28,750 nucleotides of DNA from the NCBI RefSeq assembly GCF_006345805.1, contig NW_021834112.1, forward strand, positions 1 through 28,750. The letters are read 5' to 3'. The position numbers and the translations under genes were made by a program. The number at the start of each line of letters is the position of its first letter. The first letter of the stretch is position 1. Below are positions 1 to 10,892 of the stretch, in pieces. This stretch comes from Octopus sinensis. Its lineage: Eukaryota. A model generated the notes under the pieces. It ran no database searches. It saw nothing but the letters and a program-made list of their open reading frames with translations, and had not been told where the DNA came from.

Positions 1-109
1 AAAGACCGAGCTTACGATTTGGCAAGATATAACCTGTTCATTTCCTACCGAGATTCGATCTCTCTTCTCTGAATCCCCTTAGTTACATATATGTGTCACA
101 CGAATAAAC

Positions 110-282
110 AGGCTGCAAGCATGACTGCATAGTTAAGAAGCTCACTGGGAAAAGCCGTGGTTTCGGGTTCCGTCTCGGTGAGCGGTATCTTGGAGAAGTG
201 CCTTCTGCTATATTTCCTGAGAGACACCGATGCCTTGTGAATGAATTTGTTAGATGGAGTGTATGTAGAAGCCTGTTGTGTA
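110..282 (+). mobile_element. SINE family A head/body, degraded copy; its AT linker is the Tc1 insertion site
   Basis: Alignable by eye to the better copies at 15670 and 17783: GGTTTCGGGTTCCGTCTCGG...ATCTTGGAGAAGTGCCTTCTGCTATA...GCCTTGTGAATGAATTTG...GAAGCCTGTTGTGTA. Confidence 0.7.
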
Positions 283-284
283 TA

Positions 285-1554
285 CACAGACAGGCAGGAA
301 GTAAATAGACACCTTTAATTTTCAATATCTTTCATTTAATGTGCAAAGCGAACAATTGAAATGTAATCGATAGGTAGGACTACATACTTTAGTATTTAGT
401 TGACATTTCCTTAGCAATTTTAATTCAGAAACTCTTTTTGACATTGAACTGATCAGCTTTATGGTTGTCTCTTGTGAAATTTCTGCCCACTTTTCACGCA
501 ACAATTGAAACAATTTACCTTTAGATTTAGGTTTCTGTCGAGTTTTTCGTATAGTTCTATCTAGTATGCTCCAAAGATTTTCAATTGGGTTCCTATCAGG
601 TGATTGGCTCGGCCAAGGAAGATTTTTGATCCCATTTTGAGTCAGCCATTGTTGATTCTTTTTCACTGTGTAGCATGGAGCCCCATCTTCCATGAATAAA
701 AACTCATTTTTTATGTTATCGTGTGAATACATCGGAAGTAGTCCTTGCTTAAATATTTCGATGTATCTTTCAGAGTTTATGGTTCCACCACATTCGATCA
801 GCTCAGAACGACCGTTGCTGGTGGCATCTCCCCCTACCATTTCAGAGATACCGCTATGTTTCACAGTTTGCTGGAGTCGTTTCAAATCAAATTCTTAATT
901 GGGAAGACTCCAGATTCAAACACGTCCACTGCCTGAAAATAATGTAAATCTGGATTCATCTGAGAAAATCACTCTACTCCAAAATTAACTGGATTTTTCT
1001 GACATCTCCTTAGCCCATTTCTTTCTTTTCATATTAATTGGTTGAAGGAGAGGTGTTCTTCTAGCTGCTCGTCCATAATACCCAAGCTTATGCAGATATG
1101 TAACACACGTTCTTGGGCTAACTTCTAGCTGTTTTGCAATGCCAGAAGCCTTCGAACGGGGTTCGTTTTCCACAATTCTCTTCAAAGAGCGAAGCTTCCT
1201 TTCCGAGGGCCTATGTCGGCCGGGACGAGAATCTATTGATTCTTTTCTTTGGCTTTTGAATTGCACAATAATTCTATTAACAGTAGCAAGAGGAATTTGA
1301 AGATTTACGGCAATTTTTCGCCGGCTAAGACCAGCCTGAGATTGCCCAACAATACGACCTCTTTGAAAATTTGACAGTTCTACTGAATTTTTTGTGCGTG
1401 GCATGGCTACTCTTCGCAAATGTTTAATATAATGGCACCTGGAATGAAAAAGAATAAGTGCATTGTAAATTCTACATGGCTGAAAATATATTAAGACGCT
1501 TAGATCAGACATTTTGAAGATTAAAGGTGTCTATTTACTTCTTGCATGTCTGTG
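285..1554 (-). mobile_element. Tc1/mariner DNA transposon (DD34E), full length 1270 bp, inactivated
   Basis: 41-bp TIRs at 285-325 (CACAGACAGGCAGGAAGTAAATAGACACCTTTAATTTTCAA) and 1514-1554 (reverse complement, 3 mismatches). TA dinucleotide on both sides (283-284, 1555-1556). Transposase remnant lies between the TIRs. Confidence 0.95.
389..1404 (-). pseudogene. Tc1-family transposase pseudogene (about 338 codons)
   Basis: ATG at 1404. N-terminal HTH-like region ([20 protein letters not shown]...[13 protein letters not shown]), then FWSRVIFSDES (first D at 960-958), FMEDGAPCY (second D) and WPSQSPDRNPIENLW (E, 34 residues after the second D). In-frame stops at 987-985, 918-916 and 897-895. 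A frameshift near 420 precedes the native-looking end ...STKY* (TAA 391-389). Joins ORF-track entries 985..1512 and 322..885, which are in the same frame. Confidence 0.93.
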
Positions 1555-1894
1555 TAAATATGGTTGTGTGTTTGCGTGTGTATGTGTGCGCGCGCGTGCG
1601 TATCTTTGCGCTTGTGTGTGTCCTGCACCACTGCTTCACAACAGCAACAACGCAAGATGGCCTGAGGGCAAACGGGAGCTTCTTTGTGACAGTCTGATAA
1701 CTGTTGTGCTCTAAACGGGTCCATTTTCCCGCCTCTATTGTAACAATCACCAGAATATACAACCAAAATCGACCCCAGATTACATTGTGCTAACTTAGAA
1801 AAGGTGCATCAAGGACAATAAAGTCTTGTGGTTACTATGACTGTAAAATGAGACCGGATGGTCTCGGCCGGAACGCTTTCCATTTCAGGGATGT

Positions 1895-2110
1895 CTTAGA
1901 TGGCAAGGTGATAGAATCGTTAGGAAGTTGGACAAACTGGTAATAAATGACGTTTCTTCCACTCTTTAGGATCTGGTACAAATTCGGTGTAGTTCGTCTT
2001 TACCGTTTATCCGTTTAAAATCCATAAATATGTAACTGTTGAACACTGGGTTCGATGTAATTGATTTAAGCCCTCATTTCAAATTGCTAGCCTTGTACCA
2101 AAATTTCGAA
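1895..2110 (+). mobile_element. SINE family D, highly degraded copy
   Basis: Residual ACTGGGTTCGATGTAATTGATTT...AAATTGCTAGCCTTGTACCAAAATTTCGAA matches the D core and tail seen at 6694 and 24060. Confidence 0.5.
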
Positions 2111-2449
2111 CAGTCGCAGTTTTGTCACCGGAATCAAAGCTGACCTCAATCCAAAAAACATGAACGTATATCAAAACCTACTTCGAATAAAGTTAGAAAA
2201 AATATGTGGGGTGGTCATGGATAGAACGCCTTTATCATAGGTCTATCTGCTTCATTCCTACACGAATGAATTGAAAACATACAATGACATGTTACATATC
2301 CAAAGATAGACAACACTTTTTTTTTTCTTTCGACTATCAGAATTACCTTAAAATGTTTTCTTCAAAATCATTTTTCTCCGAAGTTAAATAACATTTTCAC
2401 ACGGGAGAAGGTAGAAAACTACAACACAACTGACCGTCAATAGACATAC

Positions 2450-2483
2450 ATATGCATGCATGTATGCATGTATGCATGTATGC

Positions 2484-2516
<33 letters not shown>

Positions 2517-2725
2517 TGTATGTATGTATGTATTTATGTATATATGTATTTATGTATATATATATATGTATGTATATATATATACACATACATATATATA
2601 TATACATATATATACATATATATATGTATATATGTATATGTATATATATATGTATATATATATGTATATATATGTATATATATGTATATATATATACATA
2701 TATATATGTATATATATATATATAT
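2450..2725. repeat. Compound (TATG)n/(TA)n microsatellite
   Basis: Direct reading; explains ORFs 2452-2984. Confidence 0.95.
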
Positions 2726-3039
2726 TACATACAAATATAACGACAGAAGTCATCAATAGGAGTGTCAGATACAGAGCATATAATAAGACACTCACGCACA
2801 CAAACAAAAAAAACAAACACACACGCACACTCACATGCTCATACGGAGAAGTGTCTGTAACAATATGGCTACATAATATGTAAATTAAAAAATTGGCAAA
2901 AGGAAATGGAAAAGTGAAAGTGGAAGTTGGAGTGGAAGAGGTGGGGGGGACAAGAGAGATAAGAATAGATGCGTATACATACATAGACGCAGATATACAT
3001 ATACGTGTTCAAATACAAATACAAACATATCTATACATG

Positions 3040-3621
3040 CAAAAACACACACACACACACATAATATGTATACACATACTTTACACACAAATTAATATAT
3101 ATATATATATATACATGAGTGTGTCTGTGTGTGTATGTGTATCTATATTTACGCATATATATACATGCATCTATGTATGCATATACATTCATTGATACAA
3201 ATATATGTATGCATGTTTGTGTGTATATATATGTGTGTGTGTGTGTGTGCGTGTGTATGTATATATGCACACAAACACATATATATAATATCATATTATA
3301 TAACATATGCATACATATATATACTTATATAAATATACAAATATATATATACAGGCATATATACATATATATATATATACATGCATATCTATATATATAC
3401 ACATATATACGCAAAAACATACACATATATATACACACACATGCATATATTATATATATATATACAAACATACATATATATGTATTTATATATACACATA
3501 CATATATATATATACACATACATATATATATATACACACATACATACATATATATGTATGTATGTATGAATGTATATATGTATGTAAGCTATATATGTAT
3601 GTATGTATGAATGTATGTATG

Positions 3622-3652
<31 letters not shown>

Positions 3653-3702
3653 GTTATATATGTATGTATATATGTATGCATGCATATATGTATGTATGTA
3701 TA
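3040..3702. repeat. Compound (CA)n/(TA)n/(TATG)n microsatellite field
   Basis: Direct reading. Confidence 0.9.
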
Positions 3703-4259
3703 CAGAGACAAAAACACCAAATCCGGAGGAACACACAAAACACAAGCACAAAAAACAAAAGTTCCCAGAATGCCACACGCAACCTCACACACAAAATGTT
3801 TAGCCAAAATTTCATAATTTCTCACCCCAACACCCCACCCCGCCCCATATTTTTCGGTCTCTTTCACTTTTTCATTCAATACTTTTGTTTGTTTTTCTGT
3901 TTGTATGTTTTTTATTCATGCAAATTAGGTGTATTTAAGAGATTAATTAGTCAGGTTTACAACATTATCAGTTCTTTCGTGCTATTGGTCTAAGGAATTC
4001 TGAGATTAAAAACACAATACAGCGATAATTAGAGCTTATATTATTACCACAAGAGTTGACATGCAACGCAGTGTTGTATCTATCGCATGTGTAAATACCT
4101 AACACAAAACTCGGACTTTGATTTATAACGAGTAAATATTCAGATTTCAAAAAGCCAAGAAAGAAAAATGGTAAAAACTACCACATGTCATATATTAAAA
4201 CATTTTGCGTGTCAAGCTCTTTTTCACGTTTATACACACATACCGGTATATGTATGTAT

Positions 4260-4308
4260 TCATGAATATACATATATATATATATACATATATATATGTA
4301 TAATTATA

Positions 4309-4401
<93 letters not shown>

Positions 4402-4430
4402 ATATGTAGTATATACAGAGAGAGAGAGAT
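4260..4430. repeat. (TA)n run (about 80 bp pure) followed by (GA)n
   Basis: Direct reading. Confidence 0.95.
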
Positions 4431-4749
4431 GTCAGATTTTGTACGTTTGTATGTGTGTATGGGTGCTATATGTCTATCTATATTATCCTGTATGACTTTT
4501 TTGTTGTTTGTGTACACACGTTGTAGTTTTGCGGATATACATGTACGACTGTATCTGTGTACCGCGAGTGTATGTGTTTATTGTACTGTGAGTTATGTGT
4601 GTGTATGTGTGTATGCGGGTATGTGCGTGCGTACAAGTGTGTGTGTGTGTGTTTAATTTCTGTGCGTGCATTTACGGGCTTGGTTTTCATATTTCATACT
4701 TCTATGAATGGTTGTATATTTGTGATTATATAATTTCAAATGCTAGGTT

Positions 4750-5200
4750 TTATGTATGTGTGTGTATACATATATGTATATATATATACATATATATACA
4801 TATATATATATATACATATATATATACATATATATATATATACATACATACATATATATATATAGATATATATATACGTATATAGATATACGTGTATGTA
4901 TACACACGCATATACATAGATACGTGTGTATATGTATACATACACATGGCTGTGCGCATATCTGTATGCGTGCATGCGTGTATATCTATTGATATAGATT
5001 TGTATGTATAGATATGCATTCACACACCTGTTTATACACACCAACACACACGTACATGTATGTAAATATATACATAGATATATGCGTGCGCCCATATGAA
5101 GATATTCATATAAACATGTAAACATTCACATAATTATGTACATATTGTATATATGTGTATATATGTGTATATATGTTTGTGTGTGAATGTGTGCGTGTGT
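4750..5200. repeat. Degenerate (TA)n/(TACA)n/(TG)n microsatellite field
   Basis: Direct reading. Confidence 0.85.
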
Positions 5201-5304
5201 GGTTGTGTAATACATACCTCCTATGTACAATAGGGCCGTGTGAATAGGATGTGAGATGTTAGAAGGAAAAACAAACCTAATAGTCAAGTGATATTATTTT
5301 TCAT

Positions 5305-5339
5305 ATTATCATTATTGTTTTTGTTATTATTATTGTTGT

Positions 5340-5405
<66 letters not shown>
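5305..5405. repeat. (TTA)n/(TTG)n trinucleotide repeat
   Basis: Direct reading. Confidence 0.95.
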
Positions 5406-5755
5406 GATAATTACGCTTTGATTATCATTATAGAATATTTTTTTCGCTATATTTCTGATATCTATTTCCAGGCACACTGTTGTATTTCGTTCACCTCCTA
5501 CCATTTCATGCAATATTTTACTCATACTTTCACTCACACGCTGTCCCTATCTCTGTTTCTCTCCCCCTCTTCTTCCCTCTGTCTTTCGCAGCCTGTCTCT
5601 CAACCTCACTGTCACCTCCTCCCTCTGGGTATCACTATACAATTACATATATATATAGTAGACTCACTAGAACATCTAGCAAGATGAAAAATGTATTCAG
5701 TTTTGTGTTTTTCACTTCTCGGTTCAATCCCGACCGGTTTCTCTTTGCTTTTCAA

Positions 5756-5905
5756 TAGGGCCGAGGTCGACTTTGCCTTTCATCCTTTCGGGGTCGATAA
5801 ATTAAGTACCAGTTACGTACTGGGGTCGATGTAATCGACTTAATACCTATGTCTGTCCTTGTTTGTCCCCTCTGTGTTTAGCCCCTTGTGGGTAATAAAG
5901 AAATA
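5756..5905 (+). mobile_element. SINE family D (Deu/Nin-domain-like core), 5'-truncated, with an 18-20 bp TSD
   Basis: Core GAGGTCGACTTTGCCTTTCATCCTTTCGGGGTCGATAAATTAAGTACCAG, flanked by the perfect direct repeat GGTTTCTCTTTGCTTTTCAA (5736-5755 and 5906-5925). The Deu/Nin-domain resemblance is recalled, not searched. Confidence 0.9.
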
Positions 5906-5948
5906 GGTTTCTCTTTGCTTTTCAAACTTCCTGGAGAAAATCTAGCAT

Positions 5949-6102
5949 AGGCACCGGCATGGCTGTTTCGTAAATAAGGTCTTTGCAACCACGAGGCTTC
6001 GGGTTCAAGCCCACTGCGCGACATCTTGGACAAGTATCTTCTACTATCGCCTCGAACAGGACAATGAATTTGACAGAGAGAAATTGCACGGAAGTCCGTA
6101 TA
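5949..6102 (+). mobile_element. SINE family A copy, followed by a (CA)n(TA)n tail to about 6216
   Basis: tRNA-like head with B-box-like GGGTTCAAGCCC, then CORE-like ATCTTGGACAAGTATCTTCTACTAT. Confidence 0.8.
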
Positions 6103-6168
6103 CGCACGCACACATACACACACACACACATACAAGTACATACACCACACACACACACACACACACAC

Positions 6169-6218
<50 letters not shown>

Positions 6219-6693
6219 ATTAATAATATCAGGGTGATAAAGATTTTAGAAATTTTTACTACCAGTGGCCTAGCGTGTAGAAAAATTAGTCAATAGACTA
6301 TATAGTATTCATATAAAATATAGTGTACATTTAAACACATAAGAGATGACCATAATAGGATATCTGACTCACTAGAAAGAGCAGTTAAACTCCAAACCAC
6401 TAATAGTTGTAATTCTGAAAGGGAATGAGAAATAAAAACGTTTACCCTATCTTTCCTGGGCTATGCATAGTTTCGGCAATCTTTTGTAAATAAAATAAAA
6501 TGACTTTAATTGACAATTGGCGTTGCCATCTTCAGCAGGAAGCTAAGTCTAACATATAGGCACAAGGCGATAAAGACCATGCCTCGTGTCTATATGTTAT
6601 AACTTTTCAAAATCCACCACGCACGCGCGGTTTTTTAAGCTGTAAATACAAGTGCCGATTTTCTTTCAAAATTAGCCAAAAAAACCTTTTATC

Positions 6694-6990
6694 ATTGCCG
6701 TTATGTTCTGAGTTGAATTTCTGCTGAGGTCAACTTTACCTTTCATCCTTTCGCGGTCGATAAATTAATATCTGAAACACTGGAGTCGATGTAATCGACT
6801 ATCCCACTCTCCCAAATTTTAAGCATTGTGCCTTTAGTTGAAAGGATTATTATTATTAAGATGGTGATATGGCAGTAAGCCGAGTAAAAGGCTTAGCGGC
6901 ATTTCGTCCGTCTTTACGCCCTACGTTCAAATGCTGCCGTTGTTCCACATTGCTTTTCTTTTTCTTCCTTATGTGCCTTTAATGTCCCTT
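6694..6990 (+). mobile_element. SINE family D, two head-to-tail degraded units
   Basis: First unit GTTCTGAGTTGAATTTCTGCTGAGGTCAACTTTACCTTTCATCCTTTCG...AAGGATTATTATTATTAAG; second head TGGCAGTAAGCCGAGTAAAAGGCTTAGCGGCATTTCGTCCGTCTTTACG follows directly. Confidence 0.8.
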
Positions 6991-7142
6991 GTGGACAGTT
7001 GTAAGAGCTGGCGTGTGAAAATCATTTGACTGGAAGAAAGTTAAACCAAAGAAGGTTTTCGAATAAGTTTTGATTGCTCAAAAAATAAATAAATAAATAA
7101 ATAAATAAATAAAACACTGTATGCTTCTAAAGGTATCTTGAA

Positions 7143-7568
7143 ATGGACCATTGTCCACTAGATGTCGTCATTGAACAATTTCTTCCACTTCTACGCTATT
7201 TGGAAGATATAAAAAATATTTGTCTTGAAAATGTCACATCTAATTTTTGTCATGCATGTCACAAATGGATAAATAAGAATTGTTACGAGATATTGCCGTC
7301 TAGCAACCATTATAAGGAATTTATTAAATTTCAAAACCATTGTAAAAAAACACAAAGAGACTTTTTTTATGCTGCTCTCAAGAAATTCAGAGGAATTAGC
7401 AAATACAGTAATCTCCTGCCATATCGCGGTTCACCTATCATGGTTTATTATTTAAGATTAAGATTGCATCCTTACGTTCTGAGTTCAAATTCCGCCGAGA
7501 TTGACTTTGCCTTTCATCCTTTTAGGGTCGATAAATTAAGTACCAGTTGCGTACTGGGTTCGATCTAA
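7143..7568 (+). CDS. Candidate orphan ORF: about 106 non-repetitive codons, then read-through into a SINE; weak F-box-like N-terminus
   Basis: ATG in strong Kozak context (G at -3, G at +4). Non-repetitive Cys/His-containing translation. Pattern CPLDVVIEQF...L...DIKNICL loosely recalls the F-box LPxEI..IF..L...DL.NL.L. The last ~35 codons are SINE D sequence. A chance ORF cannot be excluded. Confidence 0.25.
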   Translation: MDHCPLDVVIEQFLPLLRYLEDIKNICLENVTSNFCHACHKWINKNCYEILPSSNHYKEFIKFQNHCKKTQRDFFYAALKKFRGISKYSNLLPYRGSPIMVYYLRLRLHPYVLSSNSAEIDFAFHPFRVDKLSTSCVLGSI

Positions 7569-7725
7569 TCGACTGGTTCCCTCCCCCAAAATTTCAGTCC
7601 TTGTGCCTAGAATAGAAAGGATTATTTTAAGCTTATGTCTTTACGTTCTGAGTTCAAATTCCGTCGAGGTCGACTTTGCCTTTCATCCTTTCGGAGCCTT
7701 GTGCCTAGAGTAGAAAAGGTTATTT
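7466..7725 (+). mobile_element. SINE family D tandem: one full core plus a second unit with an internal deletion
   Basis: TTACGTTCTGAGTTCAAATTCCG occurs twice (about 7472 and 7642). The second unit jumps from CCTTTCGG to GCCTTGTGCCTAGAGTAGAAAAGG. Confidence 0.9.
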
Positions 7726-7924
7726 AAACCTTGCGTCGATTCCTCCGTGGTATTGTTTTGCATTTATAATAAAATAAAAATATACAAATTATAAAAATAA
7801 TTTTTTAAATTATACTCTACAATATTGTTTCTACTTCACGGATTTTCTCCAATCGCGAGTGGGGTTTGGAACCTAATATCCGCGATATTCGAGGGATTAC
7901 TATAATGTTTTAAGGTGAAAATAG

Positions 7925-8115
7925 GGAGGCGAGTAGGCAGTATCGTTACCGCGCCGTCTTTATTTTCAAATTTCAAATTTCCCCGGGGTCATCTTTGCTT
8001 TTCTCCCTTTCGGTAGTCGTTAAAATAGGGACCCGTTTTATCACTGGGAAGCGATGTAATCGACTTGCCTCCTCCCACGAAATTACTGACTTTCTGCCAA
8101 AGTTCGAAATCCAAT
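7925..8115 (+). mobile_element. SINE family D, degraded copy
   Basis: TTCAAATTTCCCCGGGGTCATCTTTGCTTTTTCTCCCTTTCGG...GCGATGTAATCGACTTGCCTCCTCCCACGAAATT. Confidence 0.65.
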
Positions 8116-8199
8116 ATATTCAGGTGAAAAAAATTAATTTCATTTAATGTCACATACGTCACACTTTTTGAAATCTCTTCAAAGAAATTCCTCATACAT

Positions 8200-8372
8200 A
8201 GATGCAGGCATAGCTATGTGGTAAGAAGTTTGTTTCTCAACCACATGGCTCCAGGTTCAGTCCCACTAACTGGGACCTTGACCAATTGTCTTCTACTGTA
8301 GCTTCGGGACGAACAAGGCCTTGCAAGTGGATTTGGTTGACAGAAAAAACAGAAAGGAACCCATCGTGTATA
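8200..8372 (+). mobile_element. SINE family A copy, followed by (TAG)n at 8377-8453
   Basis: TATGTGGTAAGAAGTTTGTTTCTCAACCACATGGCTCCAGGTTCAGTCCCAC...GCCTTGCAAGTGGATTTGG. Confidence 0.85.
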
Positions 8373-8376
8373 TGTA

Positions 8377-8423
<47 letters not shown>

Positions 8424-8451
8424 TAGTAGTAGTAGTAGTAGTAGTAGTAGT

Positions 8452-8745
8452 AGCACGGTCCGAATCCCGGACCGTGCTGCGTGTTGTGTACTTGAGCAAG
8501 ACACTTTATTTCACGTTGCTCCAATTCACTCAGCTGTAGAAATGAGTTGCGATGTCACAGGTGCCAAGCTGTATCGGCCTTTGCCTTTCCCTTGGATAAC
8601 ACTGATGACGTGGCGTGGGGAGGGGAGGCCGGTATGCATGGGCGACTGCTGGTCTTCCATAAAATGTACCTTGCCCGGGCTTGTGCCTTGGAGGGTAACT
8701 TTCTAGGTGCAATTCCATGGTCAGTCATGACTAAGGGTGTCTCAG
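8452..8745 (+). mobile_element. SINE family C (CORE-like), 5'-truncated with a fold-back junction
   Basis: CORE-like GTTGTGTACTTGAGCAAGACACTTTATTTCACGTTGCTCC...CACTCAGCTGTAGAAATGAGT, followed by a GC-richer body. Confidence 0.8.
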
Positions 8746-8774
8746 CATATATATGTGTGTGGTGTGTGTATGTT

Positions 8775-8975
8775 CCTCTACCACTTGACAGCTTGTGTTA
8801 ATATATTTACGTACACGTAACTTAACGGTTTGGCCAAAGATCGATAGAATAAATGCCAGGCTTTACAAATATTAGTCACTGGTGTCAATTTTTTCGGCTA
8901 AAAACCCTTCAAGGCGACACCCCAGCATGGCCACAGTCAAATGGCTGAAACAAATAAACGATAAAAGAAAAAAAG
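8775..8975 (+). mobile_element. SINE 3' module B, diverged copy attached behind family C
   Basis: CACTTGACAGC...TTTACGTACACGTAACTTAACGGTTTGGC...GATAGAATAAAT...CCAGCATGGCCACAGTCAAATGGCTGAAACAA is colinear with B at 15871-16076. Confidence 0.8.
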
Positions 8976-9469
8976 ATACATCACAGGTAATTTTTTTAAT
9001 GCTTACATGAGTCGTCAAACTTCACTGTGAAAAACGAAGCACTACAATTCTTGTAAATGCTCAAGATTTACAAATTAGACATTTCATTATTTGTGTCTCT
9101 GACTGTCACGAACATCACGCTAAAATAGCCCCATTAGCAGTAGAAAAAAGCAGACAGACATAACAAGATACACAAACAGATATACCGGTATGTTTCTATA
9201 TGCATAAGGATGGATTCGACGATAAAAATAGGAAACGAGTTTAAGCAAGGAATGGTTATATCCATGTCTTTGTATTAATGATATTGAAAACAATATGCAG
9301 ACAGTGTATTCGTTCTGCTCTAACTAATATTAAAATATACCACATCAAAAGATGACAGGTGAAGGGAAGCCGAACAGATGCGGTTACACTTTTAGAAACA
9401 GAGTCGAAACATATGACATACAACGCAAAGGAAAGGAGACGGTTGTCAGTTAATCGGCCTTGGAAATAT

Positions 9470-9533
9470 ATAGATATAATATATATATATATATATATTA
9501 TATATCTATATATATGTAGTATATATATAATGA

Positions 9534-9571
<38 letters not shown>

Positions 9572-9622
9572 ATATATATAGTATATATATTAATATATAT
9601 ACATATATATATATATATAATA
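9470..9622. repeat. Interrupted (TA)n microsatellite
   Basis: Direct reading. Confidence 0.9.
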
Positions 9623-9915
9623 TACAAACGTATGTACAATACACGCTGACGTATATCACAAATACGTTCTGACAAAAGCTTTCGAAATACGTACACATGT
9701 TGTGCTTCACTTGTTTTGCCACACCCACGACATTTTACACGTCCGCAAATATATGTCTGAAGAAAGATAATTGCAGCGGTGGATGCATTAAAGAGACAAA
9801 GATACGCAACCAAGACCACACGTGTGCATGCAGAAATGAGCAATCAAAGATACGCATAGTTAAATATTGTAACACGATATAACAAATGCGTATGTGTGCG
9901 TGCGTATGTTAGAGA

Positions 9916-9946
<31 letters not shown>

Positions 9947-9954
9947 TGAGAAGG

Positions 9955-10097
9955 GGTTGAAGCTCACTTTACAGACACCTGGTTTCGGGTTTCGTCGTTC
10001 TGCGCGGCACCCTAGGCAAGTATTTGCTACTGTAGACCCTCGCCGACCAATTCCATGTTAGTGTATTTAGTAGAAAAAAACTGTGTGAAGCTTGTAT
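9955..10097 (+). mobile_element. SINE family A, degraded copy after (GA)n
   Basis: CTGGTTTCGGGTTTCGTCGTTCTGCGCGGCACCCTAGGCAAGTATTTGCTACTGTAG...GCCGACCAA. Confidence 0.65.
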
Positions 10098-10238
10098 TTA
10101 GATACATCTAAAGTTATGAACTACGCCTCAACGATTACTCGGAGATGCATGTTTTATAAACCTGCCAATTTAATGTCTCTTAAAGCGTGAAACTTTTAGT
10201 AGCTCTTTTTTTAATTGTGTATATTAAATTATACGCGC

Positions 10239-10272
<34 letters not shown>

Positions 10273-10510
10273 ATTGCTGTCTTTGCTAGAATACGATGCA
10301 GCTTGAGTGATTTATGAGCCCCAATTTTTATTCGGTATGCATTCCTTCAGTTTTGAAATATAAAAAATGAATTGCACCTCTGCAGAATTTGAACTCAATT
10401 ATTGATTTATAAACTCTGTATATACTATTTCAGTAGAAAGTGTAAAAAATATATATAATTTAATACATGAAAAATTATATATTAAACTTTACGAAACAGC
10501 CTTCACGAAA

Positions 10511-10635
10511 AGGCCCGTGACCTAATGGTTAGAGTGTTGGACTCACGAACACCAGATGGCTGGTTCGATTCCTGGATTATGGTTCGATTCCGGCATGTTG
10601 TTCTTGGGCAAAACATTTCATTTCACATTCCTCTC
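10511..10635 (+). mobile_element. SINE family C tRNA head plus start of CORE-like body
   Basis: A-box-like TGACCTAATGG; B-box-like GGTTCGATTCC present twice; then GTTGTTCTTGGGCAAAACATTTCATTTCAC, matching the body at 8484. Confidence 0.7.
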
Positions 10636-10639
10636 ATGC

Positions 10640-10892
10640 TGTGTGGGCATCGGCATTCCAAGATGTAGACCCAAAAGGTGACTAAAACAGGTATAGGAAG
10701 GATTTACACTCCGACCTCATAACATTCTCATCAGCGACGACTACCCAAAACAGACCGATGAATTGGAGGGTTCTGGTCTGAGTAGTGCAAAGGTGCCATT
10801 CGCCAGGAGTAGGGAATCAAAAGAAATGGTGTATGGATACAGCGATGCGCTGTTACAACGCATGTCCCCATACTACTACTGTTGCTGCTACT
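10640..10892 (+). pseudogene. RTE-like LINE 3' end remnant
   Basis: GIGIPRCRPKR*LKQV (10646-10693; RTE consensus-like PRGRPKRW), then after a frameshift RKDLHSDLITFSSATTTQNRPMNWRVLV* (TGA 10779-10781; consensus-like KDL...QDR..WR.LV). Ends in a short (TAC)n tail at about 10871-10892. Confidence 0.55.

Noticed and set aside
3830-3925. GC-box-like CCCCGCCCC and octamer ATGCAAAT; similarly GGGGCG/CCAAT near 11270
   Set aside because: Short motifs with no associated gene start or transcript evidence.
9360-9430. Possible second hammerhead (GTCGAAACATATGAC)
   Set aside because: No CUGANGA core and no pairing stem II could be built.
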